This document shows positions 49,501-62,896 of a stretch of DNA of 64,000 nt, piece by piece. The DNA is from Callorhinchus milii (taxonomy: Eukaryota), in the NCBI RefSeq assembly GCF_018977255.1, contig NW_024704743.1, positions 26,910,001 through 26,974,000 on the forward strand. The letters are read 5' to 3'. The notes under the pieces are model-generated. The model did not search any database, had not been told where the DNA came from, and saw nothing but the letters and a program-made list of their open reading frames with translations. A program made the translations under genes and the position numbers. Position 1 is the first letter of the stretch; the number at the start of each line of letters is the position of its first letter.

Positions 49501-49819
49501 TGAACCGTTCTTGTGCAATGATTTGCTAGAGAACTATGTTTGGAATGTTGCAATGCAGTCTCCTCATCTGAACTCTGCCAGAATACCATCGCTATTAGCC
49601 TATTCAGGGTCCCTGGAATCACATTTCACAGTATAATATTGCAACCCTAGACTATCCAAGCCAAATTAGTACCGGGGCACACACTCAGCACAGTTCAGGA
49701 CTACGGGCTTATCATCACAGTCGAAAACCTCATTAGCTCCAACAACAAATCACATTCCCTATCACTAACAGTACCAGAGGGGTTCACTCACTGCTAGTTC
49801 TTATAATCTGTACCATGAA

Positions 49820-50158
49820 TAATAATAAAAATCCTAGCATTTGATATAGTGCCTTATCACATCATCGAGGCCTCTGAAAAGGCTTTACAGGATAAGAATA
49901 ATAATCGTTGCGTTTGATATAATGTCTTATCACTTTGCCTTAAAGTGATTCACAGAGTATACTGTAAAGTGGTGTGATTGTGTACTTTGGGGCGAAACAC
50001 AGCAGCCCGTTGGACACAGCAATGTCCCACAAAGAGCCATGGATTGAGTAATCAATTTTATTTGGTGGATTGTTGGCCAGGGCAACAGGAGAAACTCCCT
50101 TCTCTTTTCAAATAGTGCCATGGGATCTCTAACATCTACCTAAACAGGCAGATGGCTG
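49820..50158 (-). mobile_element. SINE tail plus Deu-domain SINE 3' half
   Basis: Two tail starts (about 49820 and 49897); antisense Deu core GGAGAAACTCCC..GTGCCATGGGATC..AACAGGCAGATGG. Confidence 0.75.
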
Positions 50159-51753
50159 ATGAATTCTATGTTTTACTATCAAAAATAATATGGGACTCTA
50201 TATTATTCACCACGAAACAATGCCAAAAGAAGGAGACAAGATCAAAAGGTATATCAATAATTCCTAAATAATGGAAAAACAAAAACTCAGGAACCTATGA
50301 AATGATAGTAGACAGGAATCCAATACCAATCTCAGGGTTCAGTTAATGAACAAATCTCTTCTTATCCCTTTGAGCACAGTGGGTTTTGTTTTATTCAGAC
50401 ATGGTAGGGCTTCACTGTCTGCTACTCTTATTGCTAGCAGTGTCTGCTGCCTTTCTGTGTCCATTCAGCATTTTACGTGTCAAAGATTAACCTGGTTGCA
50501 TCTTAGATATGACGACAGCAATCTTCCAAGTCTGGGCCTCCTAATCTGAAAGAACTGTCTTCTAAACCAGTTTGAAGCTTTTCTTTTAGATAAAATAAGT
50601 GTTCACTTTTCTGTAACAGACAGTGGGACTGGGTAGGAAAATAGAAAACTGGCATTCAGAAAGTTTGAAGTTTATTACAGAGGGGAAAAGTTTAGAAAAT
50701 ATATGGTAAGATTAATTCTGCATAAGAGTCAAATTTAATATTCATAAAAATGTAGGCAGACCAGCGAAGTAAACGAGAATAGAAAGAAAAAAGATAGCAA
50801 AGTGGCAACAGACAGTTTGGAATGTCTTCTGTTCCCATCCTTTCTCCAGTACTGTTGGGTGCAACTTGACCTGAGCATTTCAACCTTGACAGAGTGAGAG
50901 AGACTTTGGATGATTCTTATGAACCTATTCATAGAGTAAGAACATTACAAAAATAGTAGTGTTTACTTTTATAGTCAGGAGATAATACTATAGGAATAAA
51001 CCACACCCACATTCAAGGATTATTATTTTAGCTGATGCTTGAATAGCTTTATTACTGTAATATTAATAATTTTTCCAGTATCACTGTGCAGGAGCAGAAC
51101 ATTTTATAGAAGCAAATAGCTCCAGGGTCAATTTCCTAAACCTGCCAGAGATCTAAGGGTTACACTCCGTGAAGCCATGAATTAATACCAACGTTTTAAC
51201 ACCTTTCTAACCATTCAACATCCAGTGTTGTCTGCTACCAGAGATTAAATTGAACAGCATTTATCCAAAACCAGAGATGAATTGCCTACTGTTGAATTGA
51301 AATGGTTCGCTGCCAAAGAGAACAAATATTTTGAAGTGCTTTACAAGCAGAACACTAAAAAGGTCTCTTTCAGGAATCATAGTGCTTAATTTCTTCAACA
51401 TATTGTAAATAAGGTCCTACATAGAAATAGTGCATGTCAAAAAAAACTTACAGACAAACTCACAGTGCCTTTGTGGTGGAAGACAAACTTTAAAATTGGG
51501 ATTTGTGGTTAAAAGAACAGTGATAAATACGCCATTGTCTGTGTGTGTAGGTGGGGTAGGGATGGGGTGCATCAGTTGAAGGAAAGTTAAAGGAATTTTT
51601 CCTGAAGGCATGTTAAACTAGGAATATTGATGACACATTAACCACATGGTCAGAACAGCTGAGGGCTGCAGCACAGAAGCCTTAATCCTGGTTCTAGTCA
51701 CAATACAAAGAAGATGTGCAGCAGTTTCTATCTAATACCTCTTTCATGTGAAT

Positions 51754-52932
51754 AACAACAACAAGATTCCATTTATAAAGCGCCTTTCACGTCAGGAGGA
51801 CGTCCCAAGGCGCTGCACAGTTGGGTCAGGACCCGAGCAGGGGGGGAAATGGTCAGGGTGACGGGACGGAAGGGAGGGAGCGAGGAGGGGAAAATGGTCA
51901 GGGTGAGGGGTGGGAAGGGAGGGAGCGAGGAGGGGGAAGAGAGTCGAGAGGGGAGCTGAAGGCACGGTCAAAGAGAAAGGTTTTGAGACCGGCCTTGAAG
52001 GAGGAAGGGAGGAGGCGGCGAAGGCACTGGGGGATGGAGTTTCAGAGCCTGGGGGCTGAGAGGCTGAAGGCCCGACCACCGATGGTAGGGCGATTGGGGC
52101 GGGGGACGTGGAGCAGACCGGAGCTGGAGGAACGGAGGGTACGGGCAGGTAGGTAGGGGGATAGTAGGTCAGAGAGGTAGGAGGGAGCAAGGCCGTGAAT
52201 GGCCTTATAGGTGAGGATGAGGATCTTGAAATCAATCCTCTGGGGGATGGGGAGCCAGTGGAGGCGAGCGAGGGTGGGAGTGATGTGGTCGCGAAACCTG
52301 GTGCGGGACAGTACACGAGCTGCAGAGTTCTGAATGACCTGCAGCTTGTGGAGGGAGGTGGCGGGAAGGCCGGCGAGGAGAGAGTTCCCATAGTCCAGCC
52401 TTGAGGTGACAAAGGCGTGGACCAGGGTTTCAGCAGCGTGAGGGGTGAGGTAGTGCCGTAGTCTGGTGATGTTCCGGAGGTGATGGAAGGCGGTGCCAGT
52501 TGTGGTGCAGATCTGAGGGAGAAAGGACAGCTCAGGGTCGAACAAAACGCCGAGGTTCCTGACTGGCTTTGAGAGGTGGAGAGTGCAGCCTTGGATGCTG
52601 ATGGTGTCAGCGCCTGAGGTGCGGAGGCGCTGACGCGAGCCAATCAGGAGGGCCTCGGTTTTTCGCACATTGAGCTGAAGAAAGTTGTCTCTCGTCCATG
52701 ACTCGATGTCAGACAGGCTGTCAGGACATCGGTGGTCGTGGAGTTGAGAGTAGAGGAGGAAAGTTAGAGTTGGGTGTCATCCGCATACATGTGGAAGTTA
52801 ACTCCATGTCTGCGGATGATGTCACCAAGGGGGAGCATATAGAGGGTGAAGAGGAGGGTACCGAGGACAGAGCCCTGAGGGACACCACATGAGACAGTGC
52901 GGGGGGTGGAGGAGAAGCCATTTGTGGAGAAG
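51754..52932 (-). mobile_element. Young L2 LINE, 5'-truncated (about 1.2 kb), RT to 3' end
   Basis: [18 protein letters not shown] (52764-52946) and a 208-aa ORF (52042-52668) KTEALLIG..VRNLGVLFD..SRLDYGN..LHWLP; (TTG)n tail at about 51754. Confidence 0.95.
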
Positions 52933-55057
52933 TGCTTATTACCCACATAGTTTGGAATCTGGTCCTTGTGGAGAACTGAGTTGGACCGATTTCCAAATTA
53001 AGACTGAATTCAAGTCTTCTTCCCTCAGATTCTCTGCAACTTTAAATTTGAAGGCAAAATGGTAAGACAGGCCAAGATCAGGTAGAATTTCATGCCACGT
53101 ATCGCCGCTGAAAGTCTTATTTCAGCGTGATCTGAATGAGATTCCTTCTGCACCTCTATTGTGGCTTTTAAAGCCCTTATATAACAGTGAGTACAGAAGC
53201 CTGAAAAAAAGGTCACTGCTCCACCTTTTTATGAGTTATGACTAATAGCACATAAAAATTGCCACTTTAGGTAGGAAATAGGTTTTTAGTAAACACAGTA
53301 GATGCAAAGATGTGTTTACATAGAGGGAAACAAAAAAGCTTTCACGATCCCTTTCAACTCTTGTGTCAGAGGATTCAAAATTATCTGCATAAAGGTATTT
53401 GAGCATGAGCAGTGTGATTTTTTATGGACATGGATGTGTTGTGTGTGTATATGTGTTTGTGTGTGTGAAGTACAACTTGATATATGTGTAAGTAAATTAT
53501 GTATCATGTTAGTTTAAGAAAAGTTTGAACAGAATTTTTAATGGGGATGATGCTATTTTCTTCTCAGCATTTGTCTACTAAAATTGCTATACAACAACAG
53601 CAACTTCCATTTATATAGTGCCCCTCATACAGGGTTGGTTTCAGAGCGCTTAACAATGACAGAACCTGACAGTGAGCATTTATGTTATGAATATATTTAA
53701 GTTTTCTTTCAAAGAGATGAAAGGTTGAGTTTGTGTTGTGCAAATGCTACAATGTTAGCTGGTTCAGATAAATGATAAGTCATCATGTCATCTGTACCTG
53801 ACTACTGGAGCGCATTGAAGGAGAAAATAACTTTTAGCTAATCCAGCAAATTCAGGAGAAGCTATTTCTCCTGGACTGAGCTATAATGTATCATCGCTTT
53901 ATGCCAATGCAGGAAAGCCGTGCACGCAGGGAATTCAGCCTTTATTTAGGTGATTCTGCAATCTCTGTGAAATTTATTTCAAAGCATCTGCCATTATGTC
54001 AGGGGTCAAATTCCCATTTACTTCAATCTTCAGTCATAGAAATATGTTTTTTTCTATCAGGTTTGTACCAACATATGATTGGAAGCCATGGGCAATGAGA
54101 TGGTATTCTTGCACTCAGTACCACCGGCAGGCATGGCAGGAAGCAAGGCTATGTTCTTGTTCCATGCCATGCCTTAGAGGGTTTGGCATCTAACATGAGG
54201 ATGAAGGGAAAGTCATAGGAGTAGGTAAACTTGAATAGCATGTCTGGTGTTTTCTTGTGGACATTTATTAATACAGCATTGATGGAGGCCTGGGAGCAGG
54301 CAACAGGCCAATAGCTCCAAGCATTTTACGTAAAAAAATTAGAAAATCAAGTGAGCTACAGATTTGACACCCATGAGAATACAAATGAACCATCCATTTT
54401 TTATTGAAATGCTTAAATCATTTGTATTTGACGTAATCAGATTGATTCATCCTTTTTCATATTCTTCTCAGCTACAGAAGTCTGATATAATGGATAATTC
54501 AAAAGATATTAGGAAATGCAGCACATATAACTATCCTAGAAGCTGGAATGAATGAAATTAGATGACATGTACATGAAGCAATAAGTTGCAGTCCTCTATG
54601 GGAACCCTTGTTAAGTTAAAGCAAACTTTAGCAAGCTTCATTGCTTAGAATGCTGAAAGCTGTAAAAAAAACAGACACTGAGTATATATGCATTGCCATG
54701 ACTTGATTGTCATAAATTGAGGTTCAAATTTTATGGGTACAAAATAAATGCAACTTTTGAAAGTAATTTTTTTATATGTCACTGAAAGTCATTTGAAATA
54801 ATCTCCTTTGCCTTCACAGTTCATAATTTGTTTCTGGAGTTTTGTATTCATATGAATCTGAAATCTTTAAAAATGGTTTGGCCTTTGTGTTTTTAGATGC
54901 TTACTTCACCCATATTTCCCCTCCTCTCTTGGATGTTTGTGCTCACAAAATCACAAGATTGTTTCAGGCGAGGAAGATTCTATGATTCTATGATTCATTT
55001 GATCTTGTCCATCCAGAATATAGAATATGCACCCTACCATCTTCCCAACACAACATC

Positions 55058-55405
55058 AGTACTTGCCTTGAAAGCGAGAGCACCTAGGTTCATTTCCTGG
55101 GCAGGGCGAAACCTTAAGCAAATTACCTTAGTCCACACTCCTCTGTTTACCTAGCAGTAATTCAGAACCCAGTTGTCAGTTGATTGGTGGATTGCTCTCC
55201 GGGGTAATAAACCCATAAAAAAAATTGAAAATAATAATTTGGTTACTCAATCCACGACTGTCTATGTGACACTGCAGTGTACAATTGGTTGCCATGTTTC
55301 ACCTCAAAATATACAGTCAATTCTCTTTACAGTATATCCTGTGAAGCACTTTGAGATATCTCAATGACGTGATAAGGCGCTAAATCAAATGCAACGATTA
55401 TTTTA
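55058..55405 (+). mobile_element. tRNA-Ala-derived SINE, long variant
   Basis: GCCTTGAAAGCGAGAG head remnant, CTCTGTTTACCTAGCAGTAA insert, shared tail. Confidence 0.8.
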
Positions 55406-55409
55406 TAAT

Positions 55410-56670
55410 TTTCTTTTAAATGAATCCAGAGTCCTGGCCTCAACCACCCTTCCTGGTAACCTGTTCCAGTTTTTAATTACCACCTGTGTGTAAGTAAATG
55501 TTTTCTGGTGTCCATCCTTTGCAATTCTAAACCTACATCCTCTTGTTCTACTTTTTTGGTACAATCACATGTATTGTTATGGGTATTGTTTTTCAATCCC
55601 AATACACTTCTTTAAGGTCCCCTCTGAGATGTCTCTTTCAAGAATGAAGATGCTTAGCTTGTCTAATTATTGCTCATAGCGCATTCCTCTAACACTGCGG
55701 ATCATTTTTGTCGCTTTCCGCAGCCCTGCCGCCAGAGTTTTGGCAGCTCCCTTATGTTACGATGACCAGAACTGTCTGCAGTTTATAGGTGGGCCTGATC
55801 AGAGTACTAAACAGCTCGGGTATGACTTCTGGGGATTTGACAAGAAAGCCCAGTATCTTACTTGCCTTTATTAATGCTCCCTCACACTGTTTAACATGAT
55901 GAAAGACAAGTCAACTAACAACCTCAATATCTTTCAGCTCCCCGCTTGGCAAGTTCTATCCCATTTAGAGAGTACATGTGTTTCCTCTTATTTCCTATAT
56001 GTAGTATAATCAAATCAAATTGATTGCCACTTACCAGCCCGTGTGCATACCTTATCAAATTTGTTTCATAAAAGCTTTGCTGATTCCACAATTTCTGTTG
56101 TCTGCTTCATGTCCCCTACCTTGTCCACTCTACCACTGGCAGATCGGCCTTCAGCCTTTCTGCCCCCACTCTCTGGAGCTCCATCCCATAGTCCCTCATC
56201 CCTTCCCTCATCTCCTTCAAGATTCATTTCAAGCTTTTCGGCTTTGACTGCATTTGCCACCTTCACTGGCCTTGGCCCCCATTCCTGCTGAATCCAACCC
56301 TCAGCTCAGGTGCAATCCCTTGCCTCTCTAGTGCCTTGGGACATCATACCAAAGTGAAAAGCCTGTATAAATGCAATGGGTTGTTGTCGTTGTCTGCAAA
56401 TTTAACTAGCTTACACTGGCACTGTAAATCTAGATCTTTAATATGTAGAACTAACTAAAAGGATCTGATTACAGCACCCTAAGGAAACCCACTTAATACC
56501 TCTCCCTGTTTATAACCAAGCTCCCTAAATAAAGACACACTGCTTCCTTCACTACCATCAGGTTTAAATGCATCTCCATGTCTTGCCCTTGAGGCCCAGT
56601 GACTTCAGTTTGTCAACCAGTCTTTTATGTGGTGCTTTGTCAAACATATGTGGAAGTCTAAATACACTCC
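55410..56670 (-). mobile_element. CR1 fragment interrupted by a plus-strand L2 3' end (about 56090-56395)
   Basis: Antisense of YLDFHICLTKHH (YLDF..FDK-like) at about 56630-56670; CR1 3' region at 55410-56050. The nested L2 tail ends TATAAATGCAATGGGTTGTTG. Confidence 0.7.
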
Positions 56671-57804
56671 GAGGATGAGAAAAGAGAAGAAAGATGAAGA
56701 GGAGAGAAGGGAGCTGAGATAAATGGGCCTGGGATCAGAGGAGATTCTGACTGAGAGCTTTGAAGGGGAAAGCATTGCAGAGGAATATTGGGATGAAGGA
56801 AGGATGAGAATCAGGCCTAAACGAACCACAGGATCAAAAATAACATAACCATAAACTATAACTCATATGTACTAGAGAAGGTTTGATGGCTCAATGGCTT
56901 TTTCTGTGCTTTAAACATTCTATTTAAAATGTCCATGGATAGCATGTATATGTGACATTCTCTGTCTGGTTTGGATATTCTTGAGCATGACAATCGGTGT
57001 CTGTACATGTCAGAATCTGACACACCAAAAAAAAAGCATTCTATGGTTTAGCAACCACTGTTTTCTAAAACCTACAACTGCTGAACTGCTCAACTACCCG
57101 AGATTTCCAGTGGGAATTGTGAAATATCCCAGGCACAGAATTGCTTTCTTCGATCCCAGCAGTTTTCCATGATGACAATCAAACTTGGTCATTATTCATC
57201 CGTGAGATTTAACAGTGAATGTTGACGGGTTGTTCAACTTTGGGGGCCCTGATGCTCGCTACATCTCATTCTATATATGCAGGTCATAAACCTTTACACA
57301 GTAAAAGTTTTGGTTTTGAAAGAAAACACTCATTTGTTCTGTATTATTACAGTGACTTCTCTGGAAGGAGAAGTGTGGGCTGATTTTTCCTCCCTCTCTA
57401 ACCTTGAGTGCTGAAGCCCATTCCACTATTCCCATTCTGGTGTCCAAATGAAATAATTTAACTCACAAGAGACTAGCAATCAAACCCCAGGAATCTTCCT
57501 GGTCTCTATGGTTCAGCAATTCACTGGATAAACTTTTGAGTTATTGGAGGAAACTATATAGATGTTTCAATAAAAGAGAATAATCAGATGTCATTATCTT
57601 TAGTCAGCTCGGTTATTGAGGACACAATTTTAATTAATTATTATATTAATACATGACACTGAAAAACATTTGTTATATCACGTTTTACAAAGGCTCTTGA
57701 GTTTGTTAGCCAAGGTGGAACATTCTGTGATTCACTGGGTCTTTAGAATAACACTTTCCTTCAGAACCATTTTGAACAACACATTTTCATTTATGTAATA
57801 TCAG

Positions 57805-58125
57805 AGATATGTTTGTGTGTTTCTGTATTGTATGTTTGTATTGTATGTCGTGTTTGTTTTGTGTGATTCCACTTGTGCGTGTTTGTTTGTGTATGTATGC
57901 ATTTGTGCTTTCTGTGTGTTTCATTTTGTGTGTTTCTACACATGTATTTTTTGCATGTGTAGTTGTGTGTATTTTTTCTGTGTCTTTGTTTTTGTGCGTT
58001 TCAATCTGTGCATGTTTGTGTGTGTTTGTGTTTATTTGGATATGTTCATGTATGTGTATAGGTTTCCATATATGTATGGTGTTTGTATGTGAGGGTGTAT
58101 TAGAGAATGTGTTTCTGTGTGAGAA
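57805..58125. repeat. Degenerate (TG)n microsatellite
   Basis: TG/TA/TT-rich low-complexity tract. Confidence 0.85.
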
Positions 58126-58286
58126 GTTATGTTTTGGGACATCTGCATCTTTTACCAACCCAACCTTGGACCATTGATCCTTATGACCCTTTCTCTCAAC
58201 AATATGCATCTTCTTACAGTTATTGAGGACACAATTTTAATTAATTATTCTTTTGTTTATTGCTGCTCTATCTTGGGTGCTGAATC

Positions 58287-59760
58287 AACAACAACAACAA
58301 CTTGGATTTATATAGTGCCCTCCACGCCGGACGGAGTTTCAAAGGGCTTCACAGTAATAGATCCCAGGACCGAGCGAGGGGGAGGAAGGTGACAAAAGGC
58401 GCAGTCGAAAAGAAAGGTCTTCAGCCGAGACCTGAAAATAGGAAGGGAAGGAACGAGACAAAAGGATTGAGGAGGGGAGTTCCAGAGCCTCGGGGCATAG
58501 TGGCTGAAGGCACGACCACTGAGGGTGGAGCGGAGGACTCGGGGGACGAGGAGGAGTCCAGACCCGGAGGAACGAAGGCAACGGGTATTGTTTCGAGGAG
58601 AGAGGAGGTCAGAGAGGTAGGGGGCTGCAGAGGAATGCAGGGAATTGAATACAAGAGTGAGGATCTTGAAATCGATCCTCTCTGGGATAGGCAGCCAGTG
58701 CAGTCTGGCAAGGACTGGGGTGATCGGGAAGCGGATTTCCTCATCCTCAACTACAAAGCCATTCACGGCCTTGCTCCCTCCTACCTCTCCGACCTACTAT
58801 CCCCCTACCTACCTGCCCATACCCTCCGTTCCTCTGGCTCCGGTCTGCTCCACATCCCCCGCCCCAACCGCCCTACCATCGGTGGCCGGGCCTTCAGCCT
58901 CTCAGCCCCCAGGCTCTGGAACTCCATCCCCAGTGCCTTCGCCGCCTCCTCCCTTTCCTCCTTCAAGGCCGGTCACAAGACCTTTGTCTTTGACCGTGCC
59001 TTCAGCTCCCCTCTCGACTCTCTACCCTCTCCTCTCCCTCCATTCCCTCCCCTCACCCTGACCATTTCCCCCCTGCTCGGGTCCTGACCCAACTGTCCAG
59101 CGCCTTGGGGCATCCTTCCGATGTGAAAGGCGCTCTATAAATGGAATCTTGTTGTTGTTTTGTGCGGGTGAGAATGCGGGCGGCAGAGTTTTGAATTATT
59201 TGGATCTTATGGACGGCAGTGGATGGGAGACCGGCGAGGAGGGCGTTAGAATAGTCCAGCCGAGAGGTGACAAAGACATGGACCAGGGTTTCAGCGGCTT
59301 TTGGGGAGAGATATTGGCGGAGAAGGACGATGCTTCGGAGGTGGAAGAAAGTGTTGCTGGTGAGGTACTGGATGTGGGGGAAGAAGGATAATTGGGGGTC
59401 GAACCTGATGCCTAGGTTGCGTACGGGTTTGGAGAGTTTTAGGGGGAGGTCGGGTAGGTGGAGGAGGTGAGAGCCATGAGATTTTAGATGTTGATAAGAA
59501 CCAAAGAGTATGGCTTCCGTCTTGTCAATGTTCAGCTCAAGGAAATGTGCGCTCATCCAGCTCCTGAGATCTGACAGGCAGGGTGACAGAGCATCAGGGG
59601 ACTGGTGGTCGCAGAGAGAGGTGGAAAAATGGAGTTGGGTGTCGTCTGCATACATGTGGAAGTGTACCCTATGTCTGCGGATGACATCCCCAAGAGGGAG
59701 CATGTAGATCAGAAAGAGGAGGGGGCCAAAGATGGAGGACAAGAAGTCAGGGGGAGCCCT
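58287..59760 (-). mobile_element. Older L2 LINE (RT to 3' end), split by a younger antisense L2
   Basis: ORF 59053-59766 ([33 protein letters not shown]) resumes on the other side of the insert as RFPITPVLARLHWLP in ORF 58308-58766. Confidence 0.92.
58738..59158 (+). mobile_element. Young L2 3' end nested in the older L2
   Basis: Near-identical to 12963-13388; ends TATAAATGGAATC(TTG)n. Confidence 0.93.
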
Positions 59761-60089
59761 AGTCACAGATAGAGAGTGATTTCATTTGTGACTTTCACCT
59801 TGAGGAATAATCCATCCTTGTGGTTCATGCCTGGGGAATGAAAACCCTTGGAATTTCTGAGGATAGAGGTCTCCATCTGTACACATGTGTTCTTTAGTCC
59901 CACTTGAGGATTTGAAACTTGAAGCATATGCCCTCTACTTCTGTCCTCATACCAATTCAAAGTCAAACAGTCTGCTGTCATCTAAACAATCTTTGTCCCA
60001 AATTACTTAAAGAATGACTATCTATTGATTGAATATTTAAAATATTAAAATTGTTGATAGGTAGAAGAAACAATTGACATTCCAATACA

Positions 60090-60500
60090 TTGCTGCATCA
60101 TCAGAAATGTCGTCCTTCAGATGAGATATTAAACTGCCTGTTCAGGTGGTTGGTAAAGATCCCATGTCATTTTCGGAAAGAGAAAGGAATTTCTCCCAGA
60201 GTGCTGGCCAACAACCCTCCAAATAAAATTGGTCATCCATGGCTGTTTTGTGGTACATTGCTGTTGCATTTGTGGGCGCGTTTCGCCCACAAATATACAG
60301 TCAATTCACTGTACAGTATATTCTGTGAAGTACTTTGAGACGTCTAGCAGATGTGAAAAGTGCTATATCAAATGCAAGGATTATTATTATATTTTTTATT
60401 TGCCTACAAAATATGTCATGTCAGTAAACCAGTGTATGCTGTGAAGCACTTTATGATGCCTGAACGACGTGATAAGGTACTATATCAAATGCAAGGTTTA
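60090..60500 (+). mobile_element. Deu-domain SINE 3' part plus a second SINE tail
   Basis: GATGAGATATTAAACTGCCTGTTCAGGTGG..AAAGATCCCATG core; two tandem tails ending at about 60390 and 60500. Confidence 0.75.
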
Positions 60501-61249
60501 TTATGATATAACTTTGACCCCATGACCTAGTTTTGGAGCGACTCCAGTATATAGTTCCAGAGAGCAGAGGCAGAATGGCCACCGATAGTGGAGCAGGTCA
60601 GGCTGAGGACATGAGACAAACATATAGTCGAGTACACTTTGTGGTATTTCAGAATTAACACAATGACATCTTATGAAATGACTCATATTCACTTCAAGGT
60701 CTTTGCTTTCATTCTCCTCTTTTTTATACCTCATTCATTCTGCACTTCTTAGAGGCCATTCTGTCAATTTTCATTTTGAGTTTTCCTCCACTTTTATTAT
60801 CTCTTTTCCTGCCCTTCATTCCTCGTTTTGCCACTGACAGCTCTCTAATTACAAACAGTGGAAGCTTTAGCACTTGAACCCACTTTGGCACTTAGCAGCT
60901 TTCAGCTGTCACTTGCAAGACTCACTCGCTTTTGTTAATTGCAACTATCCTGGTAATCCAGAGCATCCTGCCAGTGTTTGTTTGACTTGTTTTTTTCAAA
61001 GAAAATCTCCTTGGGAATTTTGTTTTGCCTTCAGTGAACTGAATCTAAAACAATTCAAAGTCACTCTGATCGGAATGGGTCACAATTGTTTGTGCTGCCA
61101 GTTAGCAGAATAACTATGACATAATAGTTTTACGAAACGGCTATACAGAAATGAATGAGAATCAAATAAAAGCTGTTTCAACAAAAATTGTATAATTGTG
61201 GAAATTGCTTCTTCTGCCATATTAGTTTTTTTGTGCCAGTGTAACTCAA

Positions 61250-61530
61250 TTGGTGATCATCTAACCACTGAAAAGAAAGTTATAGCTTCCAGGCCCATAT
61301 TTGGAACTTTGAGCTCATAGTCCAGGCTGACACTCCAGTGGAGTGCCGCTTTGTAGGAGCCACTGAACTTTAGATAAAAAGTTAAGTCGATGTCCCATCT
61401 GCCTATTTAGGTGAACGTTAAAGATCCCATGACACTGTTCAAAAATAAAAAATGGTTTGTTCTGGTGTCCATGCGAACAATCCTTCAGATAAAATTGGTC
61501 ATTCACTTCAGGACTATTTGTGAGACATTG
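61250..61530 (+). mobile_element. Deu-domain SINE
   Basis: CAGGCTGACACTCCAGTG..CCCATCTGCCTATTTAGGTGAACGTTAAAGATCCCATGAC. Confidence 0.65.
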
Positions 61531-61614
61531 AATAATACCTTTGAATAATCTAGATTTTTTGACCTCGTTATGTATAATTCTACCTTTAATTTGTCAATCA
61601 CTTTTATCATCTTA

Positions 61615-61965
61615 TAATAATAATAATAATCCTTGCATTTGATTTGGCGACTTATCATGTTGTTGAGACTTCCCAGAGCATGTAACAGGATATATTATAA
61701 AGTGGAGTGATTGTGTATTTTGTGAGCAAAATGCTGCAGCCAATTGCGCACATCAGTGTCCCACAAACAGTTGTGGATTGAGTGACCACATTTTTGGTTG
61801 GAGGGATTATTAGCCCCAGAAAGTTATCAGTCAATGGACTAACAACCTTATTGCTAGGTAAACAGAAGTGTGGAATAATGAAACTTGCCTAAGGTTTTGC
61901 CCCATCAGAAAATTGAACCCAGATCTTCTCAATTGCAAGTGAGTGCGCTAACCTCTACACTATGC
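61615..61965 (-). mobile_element. tRNA-Ala-derived SINE, long variant
   Basis: (AAT)n tail, shared body, TGCTAGGTAAACAG insert, and antisense head (AATTGAACCC..TTGCAAG). Confidence 0.8.
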
Positions 61966-62896
61966 GAGTTATGTGCCTTTCTAAGGTCCTCTCTGAGATG
62001 TCACTTTTCAAGACTTAAGAGCCTTAGCTTATCTAATCATTGCTCATAACTCATCCTGCTAACAGTAGTGATCACCATTGTTGCTTTCCACCACACTGCA
62101 ATTACATACAGAGATTTACATAGTAGTGAAACAGGCCATTTGACCCAACTAATTAATGCCAACTAATTAATGGAGTTTATGCTCTCCATGATCATACACT
62201 AACCTAATTTTCCCTTCCCTAGCTTCCTTCCCCCATATCCAATAATCTCTTCCACCCATAAATGCATTGAGATTTCTCCTTGGGTCTTTTAAATTTCAGG
62301 CAGTGATTTAATTATCATAGTGCATGGTCAAAGAGGTATGTCTTAAAATGGATTTTGAACTAGGTGAGGGAGTGTGTGAATCAAAAGTACTCTAGGATAT
62401 AGTTCCAGATAGTGCAGGCATAAAGGCTGAAAGCCCGCCTGCCAATTCAACTTGAGATTTCCAACATCTGCAGGATATACTGAAATGTAGTTTTGTGACT
62501 GTGTATTTTGTGAGTGAAAAGTGACAGCATTGGAGTGTCATCTTAGTCTGTGTGATTCCAGGTCCTAACGTGAGGCTTGAACCCACAACCTTCTGACTCA
62601 AGAGTTAAGAGTGCTTCCTCTGCACCCGGCTGACACAATCAGGTGCCTTGTATTAAAAGAGAATATTCTCTTTGTCTTTTCTCGATGGAGTTATGCAGAT
62701 TGTTAGTGAAAACTCCAACTGATCTTCAAAATGACTACTGTACTTTCAGACATTGGTAGGTGGAATAAAAAATCTGTATTATTACCCTCTCTTTCCAAAA
62801 TACGTGGCAAATCATGAACTGGTGTTCTGTGTATATTATGCATATTAGAACTTTTGCAGTTTCATCAGTAGTAGATTGGATCAGAAATGGAACTCC

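Noticed and set aside
50401..50490. Signal-peptide-like short ORF MVGLHCLLLLLLAVSAAFLCPFSILRVKD*
   Set aside because: 29 codons, no convincing donor site and no homology.
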